Shown here: piece after piece, positions 1 through 10,053 of the stretch | Layout: every line of letters starts with the position of its first letter | How positions within the stretch are numbered: position 1 is the stretch's first letter | NCBI GenBank assembly: GCA_004558525.1 | Contig: SFCQ01000004.1 | Span: forward strand, 15,345 to 79,344 | DNA: 64,000 nucleotides | Source: Clostridiales bacterium | GTDB taxonomy: Bacteria; Bacillota; Clostridia; Christensenellales; CAG-138 | Reading direction: 5' to 3' | Translations under genes and position numbers: made by a program | Notes under the pieces: model-generated | The model's input: only the letters and a program-made list of their open reading frames with translations | Database searches by the model: none | Told to the model about the DNA's origin: nothing

Positions 1-769
1 GGTCGAACGGGTCGTCCGTTACAACGTAGTACGGTATATCCTCATCCCAAACGTTCCTGGTGCTGTCCGTCTGCCCTCCGTTTGACGATGAATAGAAGGC
101 CTCGATTATCCCCGTGCCGTAGGTAAGCACCTGGCCGGCGGTAGCGTCCACCGCGGCTATCGCGCGCTGGTTCTTGCTTGCGTAGCCATGATAGACCTGA
201 TCCTTTGACGTATCAACAAGGTCGTAGGAGCGGTTCTGATATCTGTAGCAGCGGCTCAGCGCATAGCTCCTTGCGCACACGGCCTGCGCCTTTAGCGCCT
301 CTATCGGGAAGGAGTTGCTCATTTCGTGCGGCACGACGCCATAAAGGTATCTTTCAAGCGGCAGCGTGTTTATCAGCCTGAGATAACCGTCCACAATGTC
401 AAAGGTCAAATTGCCAAGGTATGTGCAGGTGCCATGCTCCTTATTCCTCAGCCTGATATAGTCGCTTAGCCCGTTATAATCCGCGCTTTCAAGCGTAAGC
501 GACGATGCGGTCACCGTTTTATCCGCAAACGCTATCGATACCCTTCCGCCGGTTATGCTCACCGTAAGCTCGTCCGTGCCTACGTTGACGCTTTTATCCT
601 CCTTCAGCGTAAACTTGCCCACAGGCGTAAACTTAAAGCTGCGCCTGTCGCCAATGGATATCTTGATCCTTACGCTTTCGCCAAAGCCTTCCGCACGTGC
701 CTGCACGGCAGGCAGAAGAAATACGGCAGCCAGCATAAGCGCAATCAGTGCTTTTAGTCTTGCTTTCAA
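1..769 (-). CDS. SpoIID/LytB-domain protein (C-terminus beyond window edge)
   Basis: Stop-free frame running off position 1. TTG start at 769 with an AAAGGGGG RBS about 8 nt upstream. Signal peptide KALIALMLAAVFLLPAVQA. Family motifs LERYLYGVVPHEM, EALKAQAVCARSYA, DQVYHGY, EAFYSSSNGGQT. Confidence 0.75.
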   Translation of the reverse strand, partial: MKARLKALIALMLAAVFLLPAVQARAEGFGESVRIKISIGDRRSFKFTPVGKFTLKEDKSVNVGTDELTVSITGGRVSIAFADKTVTASSLTLESADYNGLSDYIRLRNKEHGTCTYLGNLTFDIVDGYLRLINTLPLERYLYGVVPHEMSNSFPIEALKAQAVCARSYALSRCYRYQNRSYDLVDTSKDQVYHGYASKNQRAIAAVDATAGQVLTYGTGIIEAFYSSSNGGQTDSTRNVWDEDIPYYVVTDDPFD

Positions 770-1020
770 TGCTTCGCCCCCTTTATGAACGCTTCTGTTA
801 AGCCATATAGTATTTTTATGATAGCGCATATCCTCTGCCCGCGCAACGGCTATATGCTTTTTTCAGCTATATATAAATGAATAAAGTGTAAATTTGGTCC
901 CATGCCGGCAACGCTGTTCAAGCGGCGCCAAGGTGAATATAATTGATTCGGTCTTTGCGGCGCTATCCCTTAATTTCAGCCTTTTTCGTCAGCAAATTAC
1001 AGCTATTGCGCGGCCAGAAC

Positions 1021-1049
1021 TTGACATTTCAGCCTCAAGCGTTGATAAT
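1021..1049 (+). promoter_or_regulatory. Sigma-70-type promoter candidate for the AOS-SDR operon
   Basis: TTGACA (1021-1026), a 17-nt spacer, then GATAAT (1044-1049), about 120 nt upstream of the ATG at 1168. Confidence 0.5.
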
Positions 1050-1167
1050 TAAGAATCATATAATTATATGTTGCCGCTTGTCCGATGCCATATGATGCTA
1101 TTCTATATATTTTGTATTATCGGGATACCGGCCGGCGGCGACAATATTTCATTTTTGGAGGAATCAT

Positions 1168-2349
1168 ATGCCGCTGTTCAAAAAATGCGAGGAATATGTT
1201 TTTATCCGCGATCTTGTGGCTAAAGGCATATACCCCTATTTCCATGAGCTTGAATCCAAGCAGGATATAGAGGTGATGATGGAGGGTAAGCGCAGGATAA
1301 TGCTTGGCAGCAACAACTATCTTGGGCTTACGGTGAACAAGGAGGTTATTGCAGCAGGCGTGGCCGCAATGGAGAAATACGGCACGGGCTGCTCCGGCTC
1401 CCGCTTCCTTAACGGAACGCTGGATCTGCATAACAAGCTTGAAAAGGAGCTTGCCGAGTTTATCGGCACGGAGGATTGCGTAACATTCTCCACAGGCTTT
1501 CAATCAAATCTTGGCATAATAAGCGCCATCTGCGGCCGCAAGGATTTTATATTCAACGACAGGGAGAACCATGCCAGCATATACGACGGTTGCAAGCTGA
1601 GCTATGCGCAGACGGTGCGTTACCGCCACAACGACATGGCCGACCTTGAAAAAAAGCTTGCGGAGGCCCCCATCGATGCCGGAAAGCTGATAGTTACCGA
1701 CGGTGTGTTCAGCATGAGCGGTGATATATGCAAGCTGCCCGACATAGTTGAGCTTGCCGAAAAATACAAGGCAAGGGTGATGATAGACGATGCTCACGGC
1801 CTTGGCGTCATAGGCAAGGGCGGAAGAGGCACCGCTAGCCACTTCGGCCTTGAAAAGCACGTTGACATAACCATGGGAACGTTTTCAAAATCGCTTGCCA
1901 GCCTTGGCGGGTACATGGTAGCCTCGGCACAGGTATGCGAATACGTGAGGCACAATTCAAGGCCGTTCATATTCAGCGCCTCGCTTACCCCCGCAAGCTG
2001 CGCAACGGCAATAGCCGCATTAGATGTGATAAAGAGGGAGCCTGAAAGGGTGACGCGGCTTGGCGACCTTGCCGAGTATTACAGAAAAGGCCTTGACGCA
2101 AGAGGCGTGCCAACAGTAAAGACCGAGAACCCGCGGATACCCATAATACCCATATACACCTACGACGCCGAGCGCACGCTCATTATAAGCAAAACGCTGT
2201 TTGAGGAAGGCGTATATGTAAATCCCGTGCTGCCTCCGGCGACCGCGCCGTCGGAGTGCCTGCTGCGCACCAGCCTTATGGCTACGCATACCGAAGAGGT
2301 GCTCGATGAGGCTATGGATATAATAGCGAGGGTCGTATTGAATGGCTGA
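1168..2349 (+). CDS. PLP-dependent alpha-oxoamine synthase, serine palmitoyltransferase-like
   Basis: 393-aa ORF with a GGAGG RBS. Hallmarks: GSNNYLGL, SGSRFLNGT, DGVFSMSGD, DDAHGLG, GTFSKSL (PLP lysine). The C-terminal VYVNPVLPPATAP..LRTSLMATHT resembles bacterial SPTs more than BioF/Kbl, judged from memory and not searched. Confidence 0.85.
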   Translation: MPLFKKCEEYVFIRDLVAKGIYPYFHELESKQDIEVMMEGKRRIMLGSNNYLGLTVNKEVIAAGVAAMEKYGTGCSGSRFLNGTLDLHNKLEKELAEFIGTEDCVTFSTGFQSNLGIISAICGRKDFIFNDRENHASIYDGCKLSYAQTVRYRHNDMADLEKKLAEAPIDAGKLIVTDGVFSMSGDICKLPDIVELAEKYKARVMIDDAHGLGVIGKGGRGTASHFGLEKHVDITMGTFSKSLASLGGYMVASAQVCEYVRHNSRPFIFSASLTPASCATAIAALDVIKREPERVTRLGDLAEYYRKGLDARGVPTVKTENPRIPIIPIYTYDAERTLIISKTLFEEGVYVNPVLPPATAPSECLLRTSLMATHTEEVLDEAMDIIARVVLNG

Positions 2350-3148
2350 CAACGCAAGCATAGCAAGGATAGTCGTAATAACCGGCGCAAGCAGCGGAAT
2401 AGGGCTTGCGGCCGCAAGGCTTTTCAGGGACAGGGGGGACAGGGTATATTGCCTCAGCCGCCGCGACCCTGAGGAGAGGGACGTAACATTTATAAGAGCA
2501 GACGTTACGGACGAAGAGAGCGTGCGGCATGCCTTTGCCGAAATAGGTGAAAGGGAAGGCCATATAGACGTGCTTTTGAGCAACGCCGGAATGGGCGTTT
2601 CAGGCGCGGCGGAATGTACGTCCATGCAGGACGCTAAAAGGCAGCTTGACGTTAACTTTTTCGGCCTGCATGCCTGCGTGCACGCCGCAGTTCCGCTCAT
2701 GCGCGAGCATGGCGGCACAATACTTGCAACAAGCAGCGTTGCCGCGGTGTTCGCAATACCGTTCCAGGCGTTTTATTCCGCGAGCAAGTTCGCGCTAAAC
2801 GCGCTCATACTCGCCCTTGCAAACGAGCTTAAGCCATTCAATATAAAGGTCGCCGCGATAATGCCCGGCGATGTAAGGACGGGCTTTACCGACGCAAGGA
2901 TAAAAGAAAGCGCAGGCGCCGAGCATTACGGCAGCAGCATAGATAAAAGCGTGGCCGTTATGGAGCATGACGAAAGGGGCGGCATGGGGCCGGAGATGAT
3001 AGCGAAAAGGTTCGTTGCGCTCTCGCTTAAAAAGCACCCCAAGGTGCTTTCGACGGTCGGCTTACAATATAAGCTGTTCTGCTTTTTAGGCAAGGCGCTG
3101 CCGATAAGGCTTCAGAACTGGATAGTAGGAAAGATGTACATAAAATAG
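2342..3148 (+). CDS. Classical short-chain dehydrogenase/reductase (candidate 3-keto reductase)
   Basis: 268 aa. Contains TGASSGIG (the NAD(P) Rossmann motif), NAG, and the catalytic YSASK. Its start overlaps the AOS stop by 8 nt, indicating translational coupling. Confidence 0.85.
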   Translation: MADNASIARIVVITGASSGIGLAAARLFRDRGDRVYCLSRRDPEERDVTFIRADVTDEESVRHAFAEIGEREGHIDVLLSNAGMGVSGAAECTSMQDAKRQLDVNFFGLHACVHAAVPLMREHGGTILATSSVAAVFAIPFQAFYSASKFALNALILALANELKPFNIKVAAIMPGDVRTGFTDARIKESAGAEHYGSSIDKSVAVMEHDERGGMGPEMIAKRFVALSLKKHPKVLSTVGLQYKLFCFLGKALPIRLQNWIVGKMYIK

Positions 3149-3283
3149 TTTTAATGCATACCATAGGGCTTTTTGCAAGGCCCTGCGGTATGCTTGAATT
3201 AAACATGGGCATAGCGGCAGTTTTGCCATGCCGATATATCATTATACCAGATTATTAAGTAATCATTCGAAGGAGAAACAGTA

Positions 3284-5048
3284 ATGGAACAGGTCAAAAA
3301 GCCATGGCTCAAATTCTGTGGCTGCGTGCCGGAATCGCTTGAATATCCGGATTGCACCATGGCGGAGGCCGTGGAGAAGATAGCGCGGGAATATCCCAAC
3401 AATATCGCCTATGACTTCATGGGCAAAAAGACGAGCTATCCCGACGCGGTAAAGGATATTATAAAGGCTGCAAAGGCGCTTAAGGCGCTTGGCGTAAAGG
3501 AAGAGGACAGGGTCACCATATGCATGCCCAACGCCCCGCAGACGGTGTCCATGTTCTACGCCGCGAACATGGTGGGCGCTATAGCCAACATGATACACCC
3601 GCTTTCAAGTGAAAACGAGATAGCCTTCTACCTTAACGATTCAAACAGCAAGGTAGCCATAACCCTGGATCAGTTTTATCCAAAGTTTGCCGCCATCAAG
3701 CAGAAGACCGGGCTTGAAAAGCTTATAATAGCCTCCGTTGCAGATGCGCTTTCGCCAATCATGAAGCTTGGCTACACGCTTACCGAAGGCAAAAAGATAG
3801 CCAAGGTGCCTGATGTTGACTGGGTAATAAGCTGGAAGGACTTTATAAAGCAGGGCGAAAGCGTACAGGATTACCGCGTACCAAGGCGGGCGGAGCAGGG
3901 CGCTGCCATACTCTATTCCGGCGGCACCACCGGCACGACAAAGGGAATACTGCTTTCAAACCTCAACTTCAACGCGCTCGGCGCCCAGATAATCGCCACC
4001 AACCCAATGTTTGCGCCAGGGGACAAGATGCTTGCCATAATGCCCATGTTCCACGGCTTCGGCCTTGGCGTGAGCATACATTCCATGCTTGTAAACGGCG
4101 GCCGCTGCATACTTGTGCCGCGCTTTACGCCAAAGACGTATGCCGAGCTTTTGATGAAGCACAAGCCGAACTTCATAGCCGGCGTGCCTACGCTTTATGA
4201 GGCGCTGCTGAGGCTGGACGGCATAGACAAGATGGATCTGTCCTGCCTCAAGGGCATGTTCTCCGGAGGAGACAGCCTCAGCGTTGAGCTTAAAAAGCGC
4301 ATAGACAAGTTCCTAAAGGCGCACAACGCATCCATAGAGGTGCGCGAAGGCTACGGCACAACGGAATGTGTTACCGCAAGCTGCCTTACGCCATACAACA
4401 TGAGCAGGGAAGGCAGCATAGGCATACCTTTCCCCGACACGTTCTACAAAATAGTCAAGGTCGGCACCACTGAGGAGCTGCCCTACGGCGAGGAAGGCGA
4501 GATTTGCCTTACCGGACCCACGGACCGCGGACACGATGCGTACGCATGCGGACGGGCTCACCTGGGTGCACACGGGCGACCTTGGCGTGATGGACGAGGA
4601 CGGCTTCGTCTACTTCCGCCAGAGGATAAAGCGCATGATAGTGACGAGCGGCTACAACGTGTATCCTTCCCAGATGGAGAATATATTCGATGCGCACGAG
4701 GCGGTGCATATGAGCTGCGTCATAGGCGTGCCGGATCCTTACAAGATACAGAAGATAAAGGCGTTTATAGTGCTTAAGCCCGGCTTCGCCGCAAACGACG
4801 GCACAAAGAAGCAGCTGCTTGAATACTGCTCCAAGCACGTTGCGAAGTATGCCATGCCATACGATATAGAGTTCCGCGACGACCTGCCGAAGACGCTGGT
4901 CGGCAAGGTGGCCTACAGGGTGCTTGAGGAAGAGGAGCTTGCCAAGATAAAGAGCGAAAGCGCCGAAGCCGCCGAAAAAAAGGCGGAAGCCATCGAAGAA
5001 ACGGCGAAGGAAATGGTTGAAGCAGGCGTTGTCAGCATAAACGCATAA
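3284..5048 (+). pseudogene. AMP-dependent acyl-CoA synthetase/ligase, broken by an internal deletion and frameshift near 4523
   Basis: Two overlapping ORFs (3284..4777 and 4536..5048, +1 frame) together give a full adenylate-forming enzyme. The first carries YSGGTTGTTKG, GYGTTE and GEICLTGPT. The second carries TADTMRTHADGLTWVHTGDLG, SGYNVYP and PKTLVGKV. About 10 residues normally found between GP(T/Q)VM.GY and the TGD motif are absent. Confidence 0.75.
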
Positions 5049-5065
5049 ACGTAAATCAGCTTATC

Positions 5066-5095
5066 AATGGGGGCGGCGTTTGCCGCCCCATTTTG
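5066..5095. terminator. Intrinsic terminator hairpin between convergent genes
   Basis: AATGGGGCGGC-GTTT-GCCGCCCCATT followed by TTTT. Lies between the ligase stop (5048) and the prs stop (5178). Confidence 0.55.
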
Positions 5096-5177
5096 GTGCC
5101 CATCAGTTGACAAAACAAAAAGCGGCGTACCGAGAATCAAACTACAGCACACCGCAATGTAAAATTGATCTATATTA

Positions 5178-6221
5178 TTATTTATGCAGCATGTCCTTAA
5201 GGCTCATCTGCTGGGCAAAGCTTATTTCAAGCATCTTCTTGGGCGTATGCTCGAAAAGATTGCTTACCGGCTCGCGCTCGTGTATGGCCTTCACGGCTTC
5301 GGCAAACAGGGGAGCTGCGGATATTATGCGTATCTTCCTGCTGTTCGCTACCGCAGGGCAATCCACGGTATCCGTTGAAACGAGCAGCTCTATCGGGCTT
5401 TCATCTATGCGCTTCACGCCCTTTTCCTGAAGCACAACGTGCGAAAGGAATGCGTATATCTTGTTGGCGCCCTTGTCCTTAAGCCCGTGAGCTACGTCTA
5501 TAAGCGTGCCGCCGGATATGGTAAAATCGTCCACAACTATGCAGTCCTTGCCCTTAACATCGCCTATTATCTCAAGCACCTTGGCGTTTTCGTCGTGGCC
5601 CACGCGCATCTTGTCGCCTATAGCCACCGCGCAGCCAAGCTCGTCCGCCATGGCGCGCGCCCTTTTGGCGCTGCCGGCGTCCGGAGAAACAACGACTACA
5701 TCGTCCATCCTTTCGGGAGTAACTATGCCGGCATACCTTGCATATGCGGCAAGCAAGGGCTGTGCGTAAAGATGGTCAACAGGCTTTGAGAAGAAGCCCT
5801 GCACCTGCGCCGCATGAAGGTCCATGGTCAGCACACGGTCGGCTCCCGCCTGCTCCAGCATGTCCGCACACACGCGGCCGCGTATGGACACCCTTGGTTC
5901 GTCCTTTTTGTCGCCCTTAGCATAGCTGAAATACGGCATTATTACCGACACGCTGTTGGCGCTTGCGCGCTTCAAAGCATCTATGTAGAACACAAGCTCC
6001 ATAAACTCGTTGTTGGGGTTGAGTCCTATGGTCTGCACAAGGTAAACATCCTTGTCCCTGATGCTTTCATTTATGCGCACGAATGTGTTGCCTTCGGAGA
6101 AGATAAGCGTGGTATTGTCGCCAACGGGGCAGCCAAGATAGTCGCACATCTTCTTCACGAATTTGGTGCTGGCGCTGCCGCCGAATATCCTTATCTGATC
6201 ACCGCGTCCAAGACCAAGCAT
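5178..6221 (-). CDS. prs: Ribose-phosphate pyrophosphokinase
   Basis: 347 aa. Contains YFSYAKGDKKDEPRVSI, the VLTMDLHA flexible-loop region, and the PRPP-binding DDFTISGGTL. Confidence 0.9.
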   Translation of the reverse strand: MLGLGRGDQIRIFGGSASTKFVKKMCDYLGCPVGDNTTLIFSEGNTFVRINESIRDKDVYLVQTIGLNPNNEFMELVFYIDALKRASANSVSVIMPYFSYAKGDKKDEPRVSIRGRVCADMLEQAGADRVLTMDLHAAQVQGFFSKPVDHLYAQPLLAAYARYAGIVTPERMDDVVVVSPDAGSAKRARAMADELGCAVAIGDKMRVGHDENAKVLEIIGDVKGKDCIVVDDFTISGGTLIDVAHGLKDKGANKIYAFLSHVVLQEKGVKRIDESPIELLVSTDTVDCPAVANSRKIRIISAAPLFAEAVKAIHEREPVSNLFEHTPKKMLEISFAQQMSLKDMLHK

Positions 6222-6599
6222 AGAGCCTTGTCCCCCTTATATGGATTTCAACAGCTATTATAGCAAAAACCTTAGCCCTGAACAAGATTGAGATTAGCTT
6301 TTTTACATTCACGAATCTTTTCCATAAGTTAATCTTATATATAGTGAATATAAACACGCCCTCTTGTGCATTGTCCGGCCTTATAAAAATAGGCCTGTAT
6401 CCTAAGAATATGTTGGATTTCAGGCGATTTATGTAAATTGATATTTTATAAACATACATTGCTTTTGCAGGAGAGCGCCATCCCGGCTGCGAGGGTATAA
6501 GAAAAATAACTTCTTTTGCCCAAAAGCGCCTATTATTGCCGAATGTGATGCAAAAAATCCTGATATGGCGCATTATTGTGGCCAAGGGGGTATGTAGAG

Positions 6600-7409
6600 A
6601 TGAAAAAGCTTATCCTGACATGCCTGTGCGTATTGCTGGCGCTGTTCATAGTCGCCCCCGCCAATGCCGACACAGGCTCTACAGGCGAATGTAAGTATTA
6701 CGTTATAGTGCTTGATGCTGCGGGCAGCCCGCCCGGCCATGAGGACGAGCCGTGGCTGATGTGGCCATGCATCAATCCGGAGCATTATTATTTCAAGCCT
6801 ATTGCAGCAAATATAGCTGCCGGGAACGGCATGGAGCCTGACATCGGCGTGAGCTACCGCTTTGAGCGCAGGTTCATAGCCGAAAAGCATGCGCTTGGCT
6901 GGAAGCCGTGGCAGAACCATTATCGCTATAAGGCTTCGGCCTATTGGCGCATCGAGCAATCCGTGCAGAACGGCTGCTATTATCCGGACAGACTCGCGCG
7001 CAGCAAGGCTAAAGCAATGGTGCATGAGCTTTGCGGCTTAAAGAATTGCTTTATAGCAATAGTCGTCATCGGCCCGACAGGCGACGAGCGCTACGATACC
7101 CGCTTTTTGACCAGCGAAGCCGAGCTGATAGACGCCATAGATACCGCCCCCTGCCCCACCGTGCGCGACAGGGCGGACGCCCTTATGCGTGCGGCGATAA
7201 AGCTGAACGATTCAGGCGCAGGCGAGGGGAACTGCGAAATAATAGTGCTAAGCTCGCACCCAAGCGACCCGGGCCCGTACGAAAGGCGGCTTAAGGAAGC
7301 AAGGCTGCTGCTTTCGGGCTGTGCCGAGGGCCGCTACATAAGCCCCATATTGCGCGTACGTGAGGATATGCGCTTTAATGTCATATTCAAGGGCATTGAA
7401 GGCGGTTAA
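6600..7409 (+). CDS. Secreted hypothetical protein
   Basis: ATG at 6600 with an AAGGGGG RBS. Signal peptide MKKLILTCLCVLLALFIVAPANA. No confident family match by eye. Confidence 0.6.
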   Translation: MKKLILTCLCVLLALFIVAPANADTGSTGECKYYVIVLDAAGSPPGHEDEPWLMWPCINPEHYYFKPIAANIAAGNGMEPDIGVSYRFERRFIAEKHALGWKPWQNHYRYKASAYWRIEQSVQNGCYYPDRLARSKAKAMVHELCGLKNCFIAIVVIGPTGDERYDTRFLTSEAELIDAIDTAPCPTVRDRADALMRAAIKLNDSGAGEGNCEIIVLSSHPSDPGPYERRLKEARLLLSGCAEGRYISPILRVREDMRFNVIFKGIEGG

Positions 7410-7579
7410 GCGATCCCCCGTTTACAGTTTGCTAACAATTTGTTGATTCTTTGTTAAAATATGCCTCCTGCGTAAGCTGTTATAATTTAATCGTGCCTTT
7501 ATCCGGCTTTTGTCTCGCTTTGATAAGGCTTTCCGCTGCTTTTTGCTTCGCATCAGTTTACAAGGGGGATATCTTTATT

Positions 7580-9040
7580 ATGGAAAAAATAAAAAGGCTG
7601 CTTATTGCCGTGCTGTGCCTGGCCGTGCTGCTCAGCGCCTGCCAGCCCACGCCGGAGCAGGAGATAGTTATACAAAAGGACATGGACAAGCTGATAGAAA
7701 GCGCCTCGGCCGGAGCTGATACGACAACAACGCCGGCTGACGCCTCAGAAGCCGCGCCCGACCTTTATGCAAGGCTCGGCGCGCCGGCAAGCTTCTCCGC
7801 GGAGGTAGTGAGCGGCGGCGGCAAGCTGTATGTATATGCAGATGCGGACGTGCTGCTGCCCAATGCCGAGCTGCCCATAGTGCGCGTAAGGCCCGCCGCG
7901 GGCTTCACCAGGGAGCAGGCCGTGCGCATGGCTGAGGTCCTTATGGGCAAAGACGCGAGCTATGTTCAATACGATTATGATAACATGACAAAAGCCGAAT
8001 GTGAGCGCGAGATGGAGCGGCTGCGCTACGCCATCACAAACTGGGAGGATAAGGGCCGGCATATTTACGACATGCGCTACGATACCCGCGCGGAGGCCGA
8101 AGCGGCGCTTGCTCAGCTTACGGCAAAGGCGGCCTCGGCTCCGCAGAGCCATCCGGCTTATAGCGGCAATTTTGAATTTGAGCCCACGGAGGTGTATAGG
8201 GACGGCAAGCGCATATACAACGGCAACACCCGCCTCGACCTGTTTGCCGATAATGGCAACGGCATATACTCATACCTTGGCATACAGAATTACCGCGAGG
8301 ATTTCGGCATGGTAGATGCTAAATACATACGCGACTATTCCCAGCCCATGGATACGCTCTTCGGCGCCGGCTTTACCCATTATGACGCTGGCGGCGGCCT
8401 GTCCATAACCGAGGGCGAAGCCGTTGCGGAGGCCGAAGCGGCGCTTGCCGGCATGGGTATAGAGGGCTTTGCCGTTGCGGCCTGCGCAAAGGAGAACGTG
8501 CGCACGGACCGCTGGGATTTCCTCACGGCATATCATGTCATATTCAAGCGCTGCGCAAACGGCGTTATTGAGACCTGTACCGACAAAAGGGCGTTTTCGA
8601 ACGAATACAGCGAGCCCTGGGAATACGAAAGGATAGATTTTATAATAGACGATGCAGGCGTGTTCCGCTTTGAGTATAACGCGCCCTATGAGGTAGTTGA
8701 GAGCGTGCTTGACAAAACGGAGCTTTTGCCTTTTGAGAGGATAAGGGAGGTATTTGAAAGAATGATAGTCATAGTCAACAACGGCTATGATGAAAACGAG
8801 CGCATAAAAGAGGGCGATGGATTTGAACACCATATATATCATATAAGGCTTGGGCTTGCAAGCGTGCCCGAGGAGGGGCGCGAGACCGGCCTGCTCGTTC
8901 CCGCATGGGACTTCATAGGCTCCGCCTGCGCGCGCAGTGACGGCAAGGGCGACCTGTCGCAGCTTGATGAAAACGAACGCTGCTCCTTCCTTACAATAAA
9001 CGCCGTAGACGGGAGCATAATCGACAGAAGCGGCTACTGA
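7580..9040 (+). CDS. Lipoprotein of unknown function
   Basis: Internal ATG at 7580 with an AAGGGGGA RBS. Lipobox LLSAC. Coding-like composition across 486 codons. Confidence 0.65.
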   Translation: MEKIKRLLIAVLCLAVLLSACQPTPEQEIVIQKDMDKLIESASAGADTTTTPADASEAAPDLYARLGAPASFSAEVVSGGGKLYVYADADVLLPNAELPIVRVRPAAGFTREQAVRMAEVLMGKDASYVQYDYDNMTKAECEREMERLRYAITNWEDKGRHIYDMRYDTRAEAEAALAQLTAKAASAPQSHPAYSGNFEFEPTEVYRDGKRIYNGNTRLDLFADNGNGIYSYLGIQNYREDFGMVDAKYIRDYSQPMDTLFGAGFTHYDAGGGLSITEGEAVAEAEAALAGMGIEGFAVAACAKENVRTDRWDFLTAYHVIFKRCANGVIETCTDKRAFSNEYSEPWEYERIDFIIDDAGVFRFEYNAPYEVVESVLDKTELLPFERIREVFERMIVIVNNGYDENERIKEGDGFEHHIYHIRLGLASVPEEGRETGLLVPAWDFIGSACARSDGKGDLSQLDENERCSFLTINAVDGSIIDRSGY

Positions 9041-9258
9041 GCGCCTTAAAAGGGCTAAGCGCAAAGCCCTTCAGCTATCGCGCATTTGCGTCGAGAGCCG
9101 TTGCTTCAGCGAAAAAATTACATTTTGCTTACAACCCGATAATGTTTTGATAACATGTCTATGCGATAATGCTTAAATAAAAGCGGCGTGAGGGGAGCGC
9201 GGCCATGCGCGGCAGCCTTATCCGTTAAACCCCTTCAGGCACTTGGAAAGGAGTCCCC

Positions 9259-10053
9259 ATGCACTCGATACGCTCAAACATTCGTCAGGCGGTCACAAGC
9301 CGCGGCTTTATGCTCTCTTGCTTTGGCACCATGGCGATACTGCTCCTCTCGTGCATGGAGGGCTTTGTTTCGGCCTTCCGTATGCTTAAGTATACAGAGT
9401 ATGGCGCGCCGCTCATGTTCGGGTATCATAACGACCTCATCGTATCCGCGTTGTCGGGCGAGGCTATGACGATAACCCTGCCCATACTCGCAGCGCTGCC
9501 GTATACCACCTCTGTCACGGATGACGTAAAGTCCGGCTTTATAAAGGAGTATCTGCCCCGGACCACAATCCCGCGCTACATTTTCGGCAAGGTAATAGGC
9601 TGCGCGCTTTCCGGCGCGCTGGCGCTTATGCTCGGGCTTGCGATGGCGTTCGCCGTGGCCTCGCTCATGCTTCTGCCGCTTGAAGCTGCGCCCGCAATAA
9701 CCGCCGGTGAGGCGGCGCAGGGCATACGCCTCACCATATCGCCGGTATGGGGCAAGCTTATACTGATGTTCGCGTCCGGCGCGTTTTGGGCGAGCGTCGG
9801 TATGCTCTTCTCAAACCTTACCATGAGCCGCTACATGGCCTACGCTTCGCCGTTCGTCATCTATTATGTGCTGATAATCCTGTATGAGCGTTATTTCCCG
9901 GTTGTATATGTGCTCTACCCGAAGGAGTGGCTCGCGCCCTCCTCGCTGTGGCTGTACGGCAACGCGGGCGTGCTTATGATAGTGGCGGAGCTTACGGCGC
10001 TTGCCGGGCTTGGGGCCGGGCTTTCGGCCGGAAGGAGGCTTAGCAATGTTTAG
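9259..10053 (+). CDS. Polytopic membrane protein, ABC-2-type permease-like
   Basis: AAAGGAG RBS. About 6 hydrophobic segments. First of three coupled genes that end with an ABC ATPase. Confidence 0.5.
   Translation: MHSIRSNIRQAVTSRGFMLSCFGTMAILLLSCMEGFVSAFRMLKYTEYGAPLMFGYHNDLIVSALSGEAMTITLPILAALPYTTSVTDDVKSGFIKEYLPRTTIPRYIFGKVIGCALSGALALMLGLAMAFAVASLMLLPLEAAPAITAGEAAQGIRLTISPVWGKLILMFASGAFWASVGMLFSNLTMSRYMAYASPFVIYYVLIILYERYFPVVYVLYPKEWLAPSSLWLYGNAGVLMIVAELTALAGLGAGLSAGRRLSNV

Noticed and set aside
6199-6585. A 128-aa ORF in the AT-rich prs upstream region, and other 60-130-aa ORFs in intergenic spacers (for example 33410..33631-, 45500..45712+, 46874..47107+).
   Set aside because: There is no RBS, the composition is atypical, and they overlap promoter or terminator regions of real genes.
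6600-7409. A possible vWA/MIDAS-like motif (VIVLDAAGS) in the secreted hypothetical protein.
   Set aside because: A single short motif with none of the other vWA signature elements. Too weak to support a call.
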